In this document: piece by piece, positions 49,667 to 59,600 of the stretch
Layout of the letters: each line of letters begins with the position of its first letter
How positions within the stretch are numbered: position 1 is the stretch's first letter
Origin: Candidatus Multivoradales bacterium
Lineage (GTDB): Bacteria > Acidobacteriota > Thermoanaerobaculia > Multivoradales > J023
Direction: 5' to 3'
Assembly (NCBI GenBank): GCA_965248925.1
Contig: CBDFLE010000006.1
Span: 4,160,001 to 4,224,000, forward strand
DNA: 64,000 bases
Translations under genes and position numbers: made by a program
Notes under the pieces: generated by a model
Told to the model about the DNA's origin: nothing
Database searches by the model: none
The model's input: the letters and a program-made list of their open reading frames with translations, nothing else

Positions 49667-50055
49667 GGTTCAGCTTGCCCTCCTAAATCGTTCGGAGGAG
49701 TAGGTGGCTCAGCCGATTCCAGGAGCGCAGGTGGTTACCAAGCTCACCTCTTCCAAGAGATGTTTGGCACCTTCTTGGTTCAGCACCTTCTTGGTTCAGC
49801 ACCTTCTTGGTTCAGCTTGCCCTCCTAAATCGTTCGGAGGAGTAGGTGGCTCAGCCGATTCCAGGAGCGCAGGTGGTTACCAAGCTCACCTCTTCCAAGA
49901 GATGTTTGGCACCTTCTTGGTTACCAAGCTCACCTCTTCCAAGAGATGTTTGGCACCTTCTTGGCTCAGCCGATTCCAGGAGCGCAGGTGGTTACCAAGC
50001 TCACCTCTTCCAAGAGATGTTTGGCACCTTCTTGGCACCTTCTTGGCACCTTCTT
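49667..50055. repeat. Nested repeat array downstream of the HUH transposase
   Basis: Eight units (110, 16, 16, 110, 44, 71, 11, 11 bp), all ending CACCTTCTT and starting GG. Confidence 0.95.
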
Positions 50056-50579
50056 GGCAGCCGCCAAACAAGCAGTTCTTGGTTAGATTAGCAAAGCCCT
50101 TGAGCGTAGATCCAGCGAACTCATCCCGGCCTGCTGACTGGTCTGCCAATCGAGAGCGACTTGCTGCTCTGCGTAGGAGCGACACGGATAGAGGTTAGCG
50201 AGTTAGTCCTATTGCTAGCGTCTCGCCGCGTGCTAACCTAGAATTTCAGGTGAATCTCGCCTTATTCAGCTTTCAATCGACCAGGACCTCAAGGGTGCTT
50301 GAGGCTTCTGTATCCCAGGGGGGCCTGCTCTTCACTGAGCCCGGCCGTGGTGCGACCGGTTGTGACTTGGGACCGCATCTTCGGTCTATTTGGACAGCGC
50401 ACTGAGAGCCCCGGGGGAGGCGCCGAGTCGATTGGCCCTTGTTCCTGGGCACTCTTTCTTGCGGTACTTGAATCAGCCTCTGGAGCAGAACAGCATGAAG
50501 TTCTTCAAGATTAAGTACGCCAGAATGGAGAAGTTCCATTGATCACTGTACGCAGTTCCTCGGGCGGAAGGGAGTCGAA

Positions 50580-53500
50580 ATGGGTCAGCAAGTGCATCTC
50601 TTGATCGGTAGCGATCTCGATAGCAAAGCGAAGGGCGTTGAACGGACACCTGGACAAAGTGGGGCCTCCAGGCGCCTGCGGAGCGCTGCCGTGTTGGTTG
50701 CCTTCCTCGCCTTCTTTCCCTTGCTGCCGGCTGGCGCAGAAACCGTTGTCATCGACAACACCACCGCAGGCAGCATCGATGCCTCGACCACCTGTGGTGG
50801 CAGTGAGCTAACCCGTACCTTCACCGTATCCGAAAGTTTCCTGGTGGAAGATGTGGATCTTGGATTCAATGCCTCCCACTTCTGGCGGGGTGACATCCAG
50901 GTCACTCTGCAATCACCGGCCGCAACCTCCGTGGTCATCATCGCTTCGGACGGACTCAACTTCGACAACTACGACCTGGCTCTCGACGACGACGTCGCCG
51001 ACGCGGTCAACGACGGCGACGCGGATACCATCAGCGCCCCGCTCTACCATCTGGACCGTAGCGCCAGCCCGAGCAATCCGTTGGGCACCTTTGTCGGCGA
51101 GAACGTCAATGGCACCTGGACCCTGCTAATCTGTGACACTTTCTCCGGCGCCGATGACGGCACCTTCAACAGCGCTCAGCTGACCTTGCGAGGGCCGGAC
51201 TCAGCTGCGGCGGCCATCGACTGCGTCAACACCGGTAGTGACGGCGACGCGGCCGGCCTCTCGGGGGTCATCAACGCCTACTTCTCACCGGCCGCCAGCG
51301 CCGCCGCCGGAGATAGCTCTCTCCAGGTGACTTCTGCAACGGGACTGGCCGCCGGCGACAAGGTGCTGGTAATTCAGATGCAAGACAGCTCGATCGATTC
51401 CACTGACTCGAGTTCCTACGGCGATGGCTCCGCTGGCGACCCCGCAACCGGCAGCGTCACGGATCGCTGGAGCGGGTACTATGAATTTGTCGGCGTCACC
51501 TCAGTGACCGGCTCGGCACCCAGTATCACCCTAGGCCTTACCACCGCCCTGCAGAACAGCTATTGGTCTCGCGGGCGCTCCAGCTTTCAAGTCATCCGGG
51601 TTCCCCAATATGGAGACGTCACCTTGGGCGGCACCGTGACCGCCTCGGCGTGGAACGGCAGCACCGGCGGTGTGGTCGTTTTGGAAGCTGGCAGTACTCT
51701 GGACTTCAACGGCCAGAGCATCGTTCTCGATGGCCTTGGATTTCGTGGCGGGGTGAGCAACGACAGCGACACTCCGCCAAACTTCTCGGTCTACTTAACC
51801 ACTGACCTGGAAGTTGGAGCAGCCAAAGCAGAGGGTACTGCCGGCACCCCAGCGAGCTCTGGCGGCACCGGCTATCCTGCCGGCGACCTGGCCCGTGGTG
51901 CTCCCGCCAACGCTGGCGGCGGCGGCAACGAGCACAACGCAGGTGGCGGCGGCGGCGGCAATGGCGGCGCCGGCGGCCAGGGCGGTGACACCTGGATCGG
52001 ATTCGGCCAGACCCCCAACGGCGGGGTTGGCGGCGCGGTCTTTCCCGCTAGCCGAAACCGCTTGGTGCTCGGCGGCGGCGGCGGCGCGGGAGCCTCCAAC
52101 GATCTATCGTTCCCGGATGGAGGGAATGGCGGCGGCATCGTCATCATTCAGGCCTATGAAGTCGTCGGAACCGGAACGATTACCGCCGATGGCCTGGGCG
52201 GCGACCCGGCGGACTGCGATGCGGCGGGGGCCGGCGGAGCCGGTGGCTCGGTGCTGGTAGCGGCTCTCAATGGCTCCCTGGCCAATCTGGCTCTCGGTGC
52301 CGACGGCGGTAGCGGCGGCGATTCCACTTGCACAGCTGCCGACCTGCACGGCCCCGGTGGGGGCGGCGGGGGCGGCGCGATCTTCTACTCCACTGGAGCC
52401 GGCACGCCCACCACCTCCGTTGCCGCGGGATCGAGGGGTTCGTTTCTACCCGACATCGTCGCCTATGGTTCGAGCAGCGGACAGGCGGGTACTGTGTCCA
52501 CCTTCACCGCTACTGATTCGATCTGCACCACCTTGCCGGTGACGCTGGCGTCTTTCTCGTCGAGTCGCACCAGACACGGCTGGCAGCTGGAGTGGACCAC
52601 CGCCACTGAGACCTCGACGGTCGGCTACCAGATCTTCGGCCGGATCGGAGACCGTTGGCAGCCGCTCAACGACCCGCTCGTTCCTAGTCACCAAATCGAC
52701 TCCCTCGAGCCCCAACGGTATTCCCTGCAGAGCTACGCGGCTGAGGATTTCGAGGCTTTCAGCTTGGTCGACATTGACATCAAGGGGCGCCATGAGGCTC
52801 ACGGACCCTTCTTCCCGGGCCACCTAGAGGGTCGGGAGGTCGCGGCGAAGGCGATCGACTGGCGCTCCATCGCAGAACAGCGACCGGCCAATCGGCTTTC
52901 GGAAATAGCCCTGAAGAGATTTGACCGGGCATCTAGCGTGGCCGGCAAGATCGCCGGAGGAAAGACACCCACCGCCCTGTGGGTGGACACCGACGGCATC
53001 TACCGGTCGACTCATGAGGAGCTGCTGGCAGCGGGTTTCGATTTCCGCGGCGTGCCGGTGCACCAGATGGCCCTGGAAGATCCTTCCCATGGTTTGGTGC
53101 CGGTCTACATCCAGGGATCCAGGTCCAACCCGCAGGTGTTCGGCCCCGGCGGGTTCGTCGAGTTTCTAGGACGCGCGGTTCGCGACAGCCAGTACACTCG
53201 GAGTCGGGTGTACCACCTCAAGCGGACCCGGAGCAACCTGCCGGTCCGGGTGGTGTCTGCGACGCCTCAGCACCTCCCACCTGCCGTTGGATACGAGGAG
53301 TCGCGAGAGGTTCACCAACAGAATTTCTATAGTTTCGCCTCCCCCAACGGGGATCCTTGGTACCAGGCATCCATTCTTGCCAACGGCGGAGCGGCGAGCC
53401 GGACCTTCGACATCGAAATCGACGCCCTGGCACCGAATGGTGATGCGGTATTGGAAGTAGATCTGTGGGGCGTCACCAATTGGCCGGGATCGGAGCCGGA

Positions 53501-55031
53501 TCATCACCTCGAGATCCGCTTCAACGGTGAGCTGTTAGGCGAGGAGTGGTTCGATGGCCTAACTGCTCGTTCTCTTCACTTTCCGATTGCTATGTCCCGA
53601 TTGAGCGAAGGCCCCCAGCAACTAGAGATCCGCCTGCCTGGTGACACGGGCTTCGCCTTTGATCTTGTTCACCTCGACCGGTTCCGCCTGCGGTATCCCC
53701 GGAAATTCGTCGCCAGCGATGATCGACTCGAGTTCTCAGGTCGATTCCGCGAGGTCGAAGTCGCTGGTTTGTCGAGCCCGAATATCGTCATCTATGCCAG
53801 TGCCTCGACGCGCCTCGATCTGTTCGAAGTAGCCGCAGGCGATGGTGACACCTACACCGCGACCTTCTCGGCGCCTGGTTTTACCGAATTCATCGCAGCA
53901 GGAAGCGACGCTTGGCAGAGCCCTCGAATCGAACAAGTATGGGCACCTTCACCGAATCTTCTCCGCGGCCAGGCTGACTATCTGGTGGTTTCCCATGGTG
54001 ATTTCCTCGGCGAGCTCGATGACCTGATTTCGGCCAGGGAAAGGAGTGGCTTCGAAGTCAAGGTGGTGGATGCTAGAGATCTCTACGCCAGGTACTCTGG
54101 TGGAGTCTTCGATCCTCAGGCAATTCGTCGGTACATCGCGGAAGCCCATCGGCAACTAGGGGTACGTTTTGTGCTCCTGGTGGGCGGCGATACTTACGAC
54201 TACTTGGATCACCTGAGCCTCGGTTCGATCAGCTTTATCCCGACGTTGTATACCCAAACGGACGAGATAGTTCACTTCGCTCCGGCTGACCCGCTGTTCG
54301 GCGACGTCGACGGGGATGGGTTGCCAGATGTGGCCATCGGCCGTCTGCCGGTCCGCACCGCAGAGGAACTGGCAGCGGTGATCGCCAAGACACTGACCTA
54401 CAAGTCCTCCAGAGCAGCAGCCACCTTTGTCTCCGACGACACCCCAGGGCGGACCTTGACCAAGCTGAGCGAAGAGCTGGCGCAGTTCGTTCCGCGGTCA
54501 TGGAAAACGGAGCAGATCAGTCTCGACGACTTGACGGTAACAACAGCTCGAGAGCGGCTGCAAAAGAGCTTTGAGACCGGCCAAGCTCTGATCAACTTCG
54601 TAGGCCACTCCGGCCCCACCGCCTGGACCTTCGACGGCCTACTCGACAGCGCCGATATCGACCAGTTGGACCCTAACGGCAAGCCCTCGGTGGTGATCCA
54701 ATGGGGTTGTTGGAACACCTATCATGTGTCTCCGAGGTACGACACCTTGGGGCACCGTTTCCTGCTCGCTGAAGATGCGGGAGCAGCTGCTGTCATCGGC
54801 TCTTCGATGCTGTCGAAGCTAAGCTCCGATCGAGCTTTGGGCCCAGCAATGTTGGAACGGCTGATGCGGCCGGGCACCAGCCTGGGTCAAGCTATGCTGG
54901 AAGCCAAGCGGTCACTGGGAGCCGGCCAGCCTGAGCTGCTCGATGTCCTCCTCGGTTGGACTTTGTTGGGAGATCCCGCCCTGGTAGTCGTCGGAGGACT
55001 CGGCAGCGACACCGACTTGGCAGCGAATTAG
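50580..55031 (+). CDS. Large secreted C25 (gingipain-family) cysteine peptidase with P-proprotein-like and Gly-rich N-terminal domains
   Basis: SHFWRGDI/GTWTLLICD (P domain), Gly-rich repeats, TLPVTLASF, ADYLVV, LLVGGD, IGRLPV, NFVGHSG and WGC catalytic dyad, LLGDPAL. Confidence 0.85.
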   Translation: MGQQVHLLIGSDLDSKAKGVERTPGQSGASRRLRSAAVLVAFLAFFPLLPAGAETVVIDNTTAGSIDASTTCGGSELTRTFTVSESFLVEDVDLGFNASHFWRGDIQVTLQSPAATSVVIIASDGLNFDNYDLALDDDVADAVNDGDADTISAPLYHLDRSASPSNPLGTFVGENVNGTWTLLICDTFSGADDGTFNSAQLTLRGPDSAAAAIDCVNTGSDGDAAGLSGVINAYFSPAASAAAGDSSLQVTSATGLAAGDKVLVIQMQDSSIDSTDSSSYGDGSAGDPATGSVTDRWSGYYEFVGVTSVTGSAPSITLGLTTALQNSYWSRGRSSFQVIRVPQYGDVTLGGTVTASAWNGSTGGVVVLEAGSTLDFNGQSIVLDGLGFRGGVSNDSDTPPNFSVYLTTDLEVGAAKAEGTAGTPASSGGTGYPAGDLARGAPANAGGGGNEHNAGGGGGGNGGAGGQGGDTWIGFGQTPNGGVGGAVFPASRNRLVLGGGGGAGASNDLSFPDGGNGGGIVIIQAYEVVGTGTITADGLGGDPADCDAAGAGGAGGSVLVAALNGSLANLALGADGGSGGDSTCTAADLHGPGGGGGGGAIFYSTGAGTPTTSVAAGSRGSFLPDIVAYGSSSGQAGTVSTFTATDSICTTLPVTLASFSSSRTRHGWQLEWTTATETSTVGYQIFGRIGDRWQPLNDPLVPSHQIDSLEPQRYSLQSYAAEDFEAFSLVDIDIKGRHEAHGPFFPGHLEGREVAAKAIDWRSIAEQRPANRLSEIALKRFDRASSVAGKIAGGKTPTALWVDTDGIYRSTHEELLAAGFDFRGVPVHQMALEDPSHGLVPVYIQGSRSNPQVFGPGGFVEFLGRAVRDSQYTRSRVYHLKRTRSNLPVRVVSATPQHLPPAVGYEESREVHQQNFYSFASPNGDPWYQASILANGGAASRTFDIEIDALAPNGDAVLEVDLWGVTNWPGSEPDHHLEIRFNGELLGEEWFDGLTARSLHFPIAMSRLSEGPQQLEIRLPGDTGFAFDLVHLDRFRLRYPRKFVASDDRLEFSGRFREVEVAGLSSPNIVIYASASTRLDLFEVAAGDGDTYTATFSAPGFTEFIAAGSDAWQSPRIEQVWAPSPNLLRGQADYLVVSHGDFLGELDDLISARERSGFEVKVVDARDLYARYSGGVFDPQAIRRYIAEAHRQLGVRFVLLVGGDTYDYLDHLSLGSISFIPTLYTQTDEIVHFAPADPLFGDVDGDGLPDVAIGRLPVRTAEELAAVIAKTLTYKSSRAAATFVSDDTPGRTLTKLSEELAQFVPRSWKTEQISLDDLTVTTARERLQKSFETGQALINFVGHSGPTAWTFDGLLDSADIDQLDPNGKPSVVIQWGCWNTYHVSPRYDTLGHRFLLAEDAGAAAVIGSSMLSKLSSDRALGPAMLERLMRPGTSLGQAMLEAKRSLGAGQPELLDVLLGWTLLGDPALVVVGGLGSDTDLAAN

Positions 55032-55433
55032 CCAAAGGGGTAGCTCTCGACCGTCCCAGTGCGCTCGAACCTGGTGTAATGCGCCGGGCAAAGGAAGGCA
55101 CGAGCGCAGCGCTTCCCTGTCTCGTGAAGCCAGGAAAGAGGCCACTGCCAACGGTCACCCTAAACTAGCGTTGTGCTATCGGACGGCGGTCACGAAACCG
55201 CGTGGGACCCAACAGCTACCTCCTACCACCGAGCTGGCGTCTCAATCATCTCTTAGTCGGAATCCTTGCCACAGCCAGCAAGAAACCGAACTCACCGTCC
55301 AGGCGATTGCCGCCCTCTAGTAAAAGTTGGGACCCTGCCGCCATACGGAGGTCATCCCTCCGCGGTTTGCAGAGCCCCCTCTTCCAAACCAGGCGTGCGC
55401 CAGCCATAGCGGGCATTGATATCCCGCATGCGG

Positions 55434-55611
55434 GCACCTCGCCCTCCTCAGCTACCTCCGCCATCGCATCTCATCCGGACCTCTCGAAGGCCGCAACAAC
55501 AAGATCTCGGTCCTCAAGAGGAGAGCCAATGGAATCCGCGACATGGAGTACTTCAAGCTGGGGCTCTTCTTCCTCCATGACCAGCTCACCTCTCCAATTT
55601 CCGGATGACCC
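55434..55611 (+). mobile_element. ISL3 transposase 3' remnant with right terminal inverted repeat
   Basis: ISSGPLEGRNNKISVLKRRANGIRDMEYFKL...stop 55608, ending TTTCCGGATGACCC; 17-bp exact match (55434-55450) to 48012-48028. Confidence 0.75.
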
Positions 55612-55679
55612 AGAAATTAGGCGATCTGGCGGTAAAGTCGGGCTAGGGCCAGCCTCGAGGTTGCCAACACCGTTCCTGA

Positions 55680-55999
55680 TTGCCGGTCCAAGCTGTCGGT
55701 CTAAGCTGTCAGTCCAAGCTGACAGTCCGGCTGAGATGTCAGCCTTCTATCGGGATCAATAAGACCCGACGCGGGCCCTGGTAGCCCGCTGGGACGCCGA
55801 CCCTCGGCGACTCACGATTTTCACTGGCAAATCATGAAGTCCTCCCGCTGCTCCTCCAATCCGCAGCAGGCAAAATGAAGATTTCAGGCATGCATTGTTT
55901 TGCATGTTTCTTTGGTATCCCCGTTGCACTGGAGCTGAGCAGCACAGCTGAGAGCCGACAGGGAGTGAGTTTGATAGTGGAGCGACGGCTTTCATGGCT
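55680..55999 (+). repeat. ~320-bp direct repeat, copy 1 (13-bp iteron-like units, att-like core, operator)
   Basis: Aligns along its length with 61410-61740. Confidence 0.9.
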
Positions 56000-56282
56000 G
56001 GGGCGCAAGGTGGGGACTCGGACGCCATCATCGGGCGCTACGAGGGGGGCTGAAATCACGCCTTCCGTAGATGTCGCCAGCCGGCTTGCCGAAGCGTTCG
56101 ACGTCGGCCTCGATTTCTTGGCCAGCGACGAAGAGATGCCACAGGCCTTCAAGGACCCAGAGATGATCGAGCGCTGGCGATCCCTCGGCGGTCTGCCCAC
56201 CAGCGACCGCGACAAGATCCTCTACATCGTCGATGGGCTGATCCGCGACGCGCGAGCTAGACAGGCGTATAGCGTTCCCTGA
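55998..56282 (+). pseudogene. XRE-family HTH regulator, 5'-deleted and frameshifted
   Basis: LGRKVGT / SDAIIGRYE / EITPSVDVASRLAEAFDVGLDFL...LIRDARARQAY pieces lie in alternating frames; first HTH helix missing. Confidence 0.75.
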
Positions 56283-56453
56283 GCCCAAATTCACCAAAGG
56301 CCCGGCCGAGACCGGGCTTCTGCGGCTGCTAGGCTGGCAGCTCGCTTGAACGCTTCGAGTGCCCATACTAACTCACGACGATGAAGGCTAAATCCGGCGA
56401 ACTCGTTCAATGCATTGGCCGTGCGTGACTTAATCGGCACCTATATCGGGGAA

Positions 56454-56633
56454 TCAACGCTCGTCGGGCGCAGGAGGTCGATAACCCCCTCCGATCTGGC
56501 ATTCATTCTCCTCGGCCCACTCTATTATTCGATCGAGAAGAGCCTCAGCAAGCGCACGTCGAATCGGCGCGCCCGCTTCCCCTTCTAGTCCAAACCGAAA
56601 CAGCCATACGGATTGAGTCTCTTTCTTCGACAT
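56454..56633 (-). CDS. Putative Rhs immunity protein, 59 aa (not in ORF track)
   Basis: ATG immediately after the toxin-domain TAG; MSKKETQSVWLFRFGLEGEAGAPIRRALAEALLDRIIEWAEENECQIGGGYRPPAPDER. Confidence 0.65.
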   Translation of the reverse strand: MSKKETQSVWLFRFGLEGEAGAPIRRALAEALLDRIIEWAEENECQIGGGYRPPAPDER

Positions 56634-59600
56634 CTAGAATCCTGCCTCATTCATGATCGCTTCCGCGATTCTCTTGATCGTTCCCCGCGCATGAGGGCTA
56701 TGAGGAATCACGGTTACTGTATTCCCAGTCTCTGGGTTAATGACCTTCAAGTGCTTCCCTCCAGCCTTAACCTCGAATCCTGCCCTTTTCGCCATCCGCT
56801 GAAGGAGAGAGGACGCCTTTTTTCCTTTAGACCCAAATGCCTTATTTCCTAGTCTAGCAAGCCTCTGTTGCAGCTTGTTCCCAGCCGCACCCAGCGAGCG
56901 CGCAGCTGTGAATAACGACCCCCCTCTCGGCACCACCCTCGGCCCAATCTTCGAGTACAACCCAGAAGATATTGCCGAAGTGGAGATGGAAGCCGTGATG
57001 TTGTAGAAATACGTCGAAGCCTTCGCGTTCTGCCCGACAAGAGCCATGATCTGACAGTTGATGTTCCCCCCACTGCAGCCGACGGACTTCGGCTGCACAT
57101 TCTACATTAAGATCGGCGGTCCGGGATCAGTACCATCGTCCCAGAACCAGTTGTTGACCATCCAAAGGGGGATCTCTACTCCGGCGGAGTCGTCCACAGG
57201 AAGCGGTGTGGAAAAGACGAATATCTCGTCTGAAAAAGTCGCTGACGGCATCAGCCCAAAGAGGTCCACGAAGCCGATCGGACTGTTCATTACATAGGAG
57301 TAGCGATTGAAGCTCTGCGGGTTATCCTCAGAACCGCCAAACGGATCGATACTCAAGAACCGCCCCACGACCGGACTACAATGCCTAGCATGCATGTAGT
57401 CCAGCTCACTCTTCGCCCCCGCCCCGTTTTTACCCCGCTCATGACCGGTAAATTTCAGCTGAAACTCATCCGAGCTAGAGCTGGTCGCTTCCTGTCCAAA
57501 CGGATAGTAGCTGTGCAGCGCCAACTGGCTGCCGCTCTTCGTCACCTGCCGTGGGGTACCAAGATGATCCAGATGAAAGCTGTAAGTCTCCTCCACTCCG
57601 TTCGCGTCGGGGTCGACTGAAGCCAGCAGCAGCCCACGCCGATAGACGTAGTCCCGCTCCCACTGGAAGCTCTCCCCACATGGATGACTAAAGACCCGCA
57701 GCACTTCGTTGCCCAGCCCGCGCAGGGTCCAGGTCTCGCTGGCCGGGCTGCTGACGCAGCTGCCGCCGGCGGCGCTAAAGCAGCTGAAGGTGACGATGCG
57801 CTCGTCATCAGCGTTGTAGATGTACACGCTCGCCTGGTCGGTATTGGATTGCAGGTGCTTCATCATGTTGGCGGCGTCGTAGGTGTACTGGTAGATCTCC
57901 GAGCTACTGTAACGCACGCGGGTCAGGTTTCCCCCAGCGTCATGGGTGGTGCCGCTGAGGCCGAGGCGGTTGGTGCTGCTGCTCGGGCTCATGGTCTGGC
58001 TGGCGCCGTGGGTGACCATCTGGGTAAGGTTGCCGAAGTTGTCATAGCTCGCGGTCTGTAGGCGGTCGTTGCTGCCGACTTTTACCTCGCCGCTGACCAG
58101 GCGCTGGAATCGGTCGTAGCGATATTGCAAGGAGCCGATGCGGTGGATATTTCCGGCTCCGTCGTAGTCGAAGGTGCCGGTGTCCCAGCCTGCGTTGGTA
58201 GAGATGCGCTCGGGCCGGGCGAGGCCGGAGGGATCGACCTGGTAGGTTTCGGTGATGCCGCTCTGGTGGCTGATCTGGGTCAGCATGCCGCCGCTCTGGT
58301 AGCTGAGGTCAGAGGCGAAGCCGGGCACCGCGGTGAGGAAGCCCTTGTCGTAGGCGTAACTCACCAGCCACGGCGGGCTGACCTGGTCGCAGCTGTCGTT
58401 GCTGTGCAGGCAGTCAGGATAGTCGAGGGTCGCGAGGTTGCCTTGCAGATCGAAGGTGAAGCCGGCCTGGAAGGCGTAGTGGCCGACGCCGAGCTGGTAG
58501 CGGGTCTGGCGCTCGGACATCCGCCCACCGCGACCCGCGTAGACGAAGCTCTCGGAGATCCGGACATCGAGGAAGCCAGGGTTGGCGTTCAGCGGATTCA
58601 CCAGATCCACCCAATTGTGGCGGGTGGTCTGCACCAGCTTGCCGGCCCGCTTGTCACTGCCGATGTTCTGGCGGCCGTAGCGGAACTCCTTGAGCTTGCG
58701 CGGCGAGCCGCCGTTGTTCTCGTCGACGCGGATCAGGCGTCCGGCGGGATCATAGAGGTAGTCGAGGTCGAAGGCGGTGGAGCCGGTGATGCGTTTGCTC
58801 AAGACGTTCCCGCGACCGTCATACGAATAAGCCGAGGCGCCGTTGCCCACCGGGCCGACTTCGGGATGGGTCTCGGAGGTCAGGAAGCTGCGACCGTCAT
58901 AGTTGAAGAAGCGTTGCTGGCCACAGGTCGATCCAGTCCGATTCTGGCAGACGTGGGAAAGCCGCGAGCCGGCATCATAGGCATAGCGAGTCAGCAAGCC
59001 GTCGGCGTTGCAGCTGCCGTTCCAGGTTGCCGATCTGCCCTCGCAGACCGCGAACAATCGGCCCTGGCCATCTGAGATTTCGGTGTTGTAGGTGTCTTCC
59101 TGCACTCCGGAGGCGAGCATCACTTTGAACCGCCGCGTCTTGGTGCGTTCGCCCTCGTAGCTGAGGAATGTGGCCGGCTGGCTTGGTGGGGTGATCCTGC
59201 CGGGGCGGCCGAAGTTGTCGTACTGCTCGTACTTGGTGACGCGGGAATCGGCGCTAGAGCTGAGGGTCCTCACTGACTCCTCGGTCTTCCAGGCCCGTGG
59301 GTTGAAGCTCATGTGGCGGTACCAGCGCACTCCGCCGGGCAACTGCACCTGCTCTTTGACCCGGCGGCCGAGGCCGTCGAAAGTGTGCTGGCGGTAGGCC
59401 AGCAGGCCGGAGCCCGAGCAAGCGGCGGTGGTGACGCATTGCTCTTCGGTCAGCAGCGGCACCAAGTTGAAGTTGCTCTGGGTGGCCAGCCGGTAGGTGT
59501 AGCGGCGCACCGCCTCGCTCTCGGGAAACTCGTGGGTCAAGCGGCCCTGCCGGTCATAGAGGAAGTCGATCTTGACCCCGGCGCTGTCTCGGCTGCGTTT

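Noticed and set aside
49667-50055. CRISPR array
   Set aside because: Sequences between the repeated ends are nested copies of one master, not unique spacers, and there are no cas genes in the window.
49343-50198. Short ORFs with repeated peptides across the array
   Set aside because: They are translation by-products of the DNA repeats, with no RBS or domain evidence.
51880-52400. GGC-rich low-complexity repeats
   Set aside because: They encode the Gly-rich domain of the C25 protein and are not an independent DNA element.
57102-57104. Pyrrolysine or genetic-code reassignment of TAG
   Set aside because: TAG is a normal stop in many genes here, no pyl genes are visible, and the same Rhs is 5'-truncated, so a nonsense mutation is more parsimonious.
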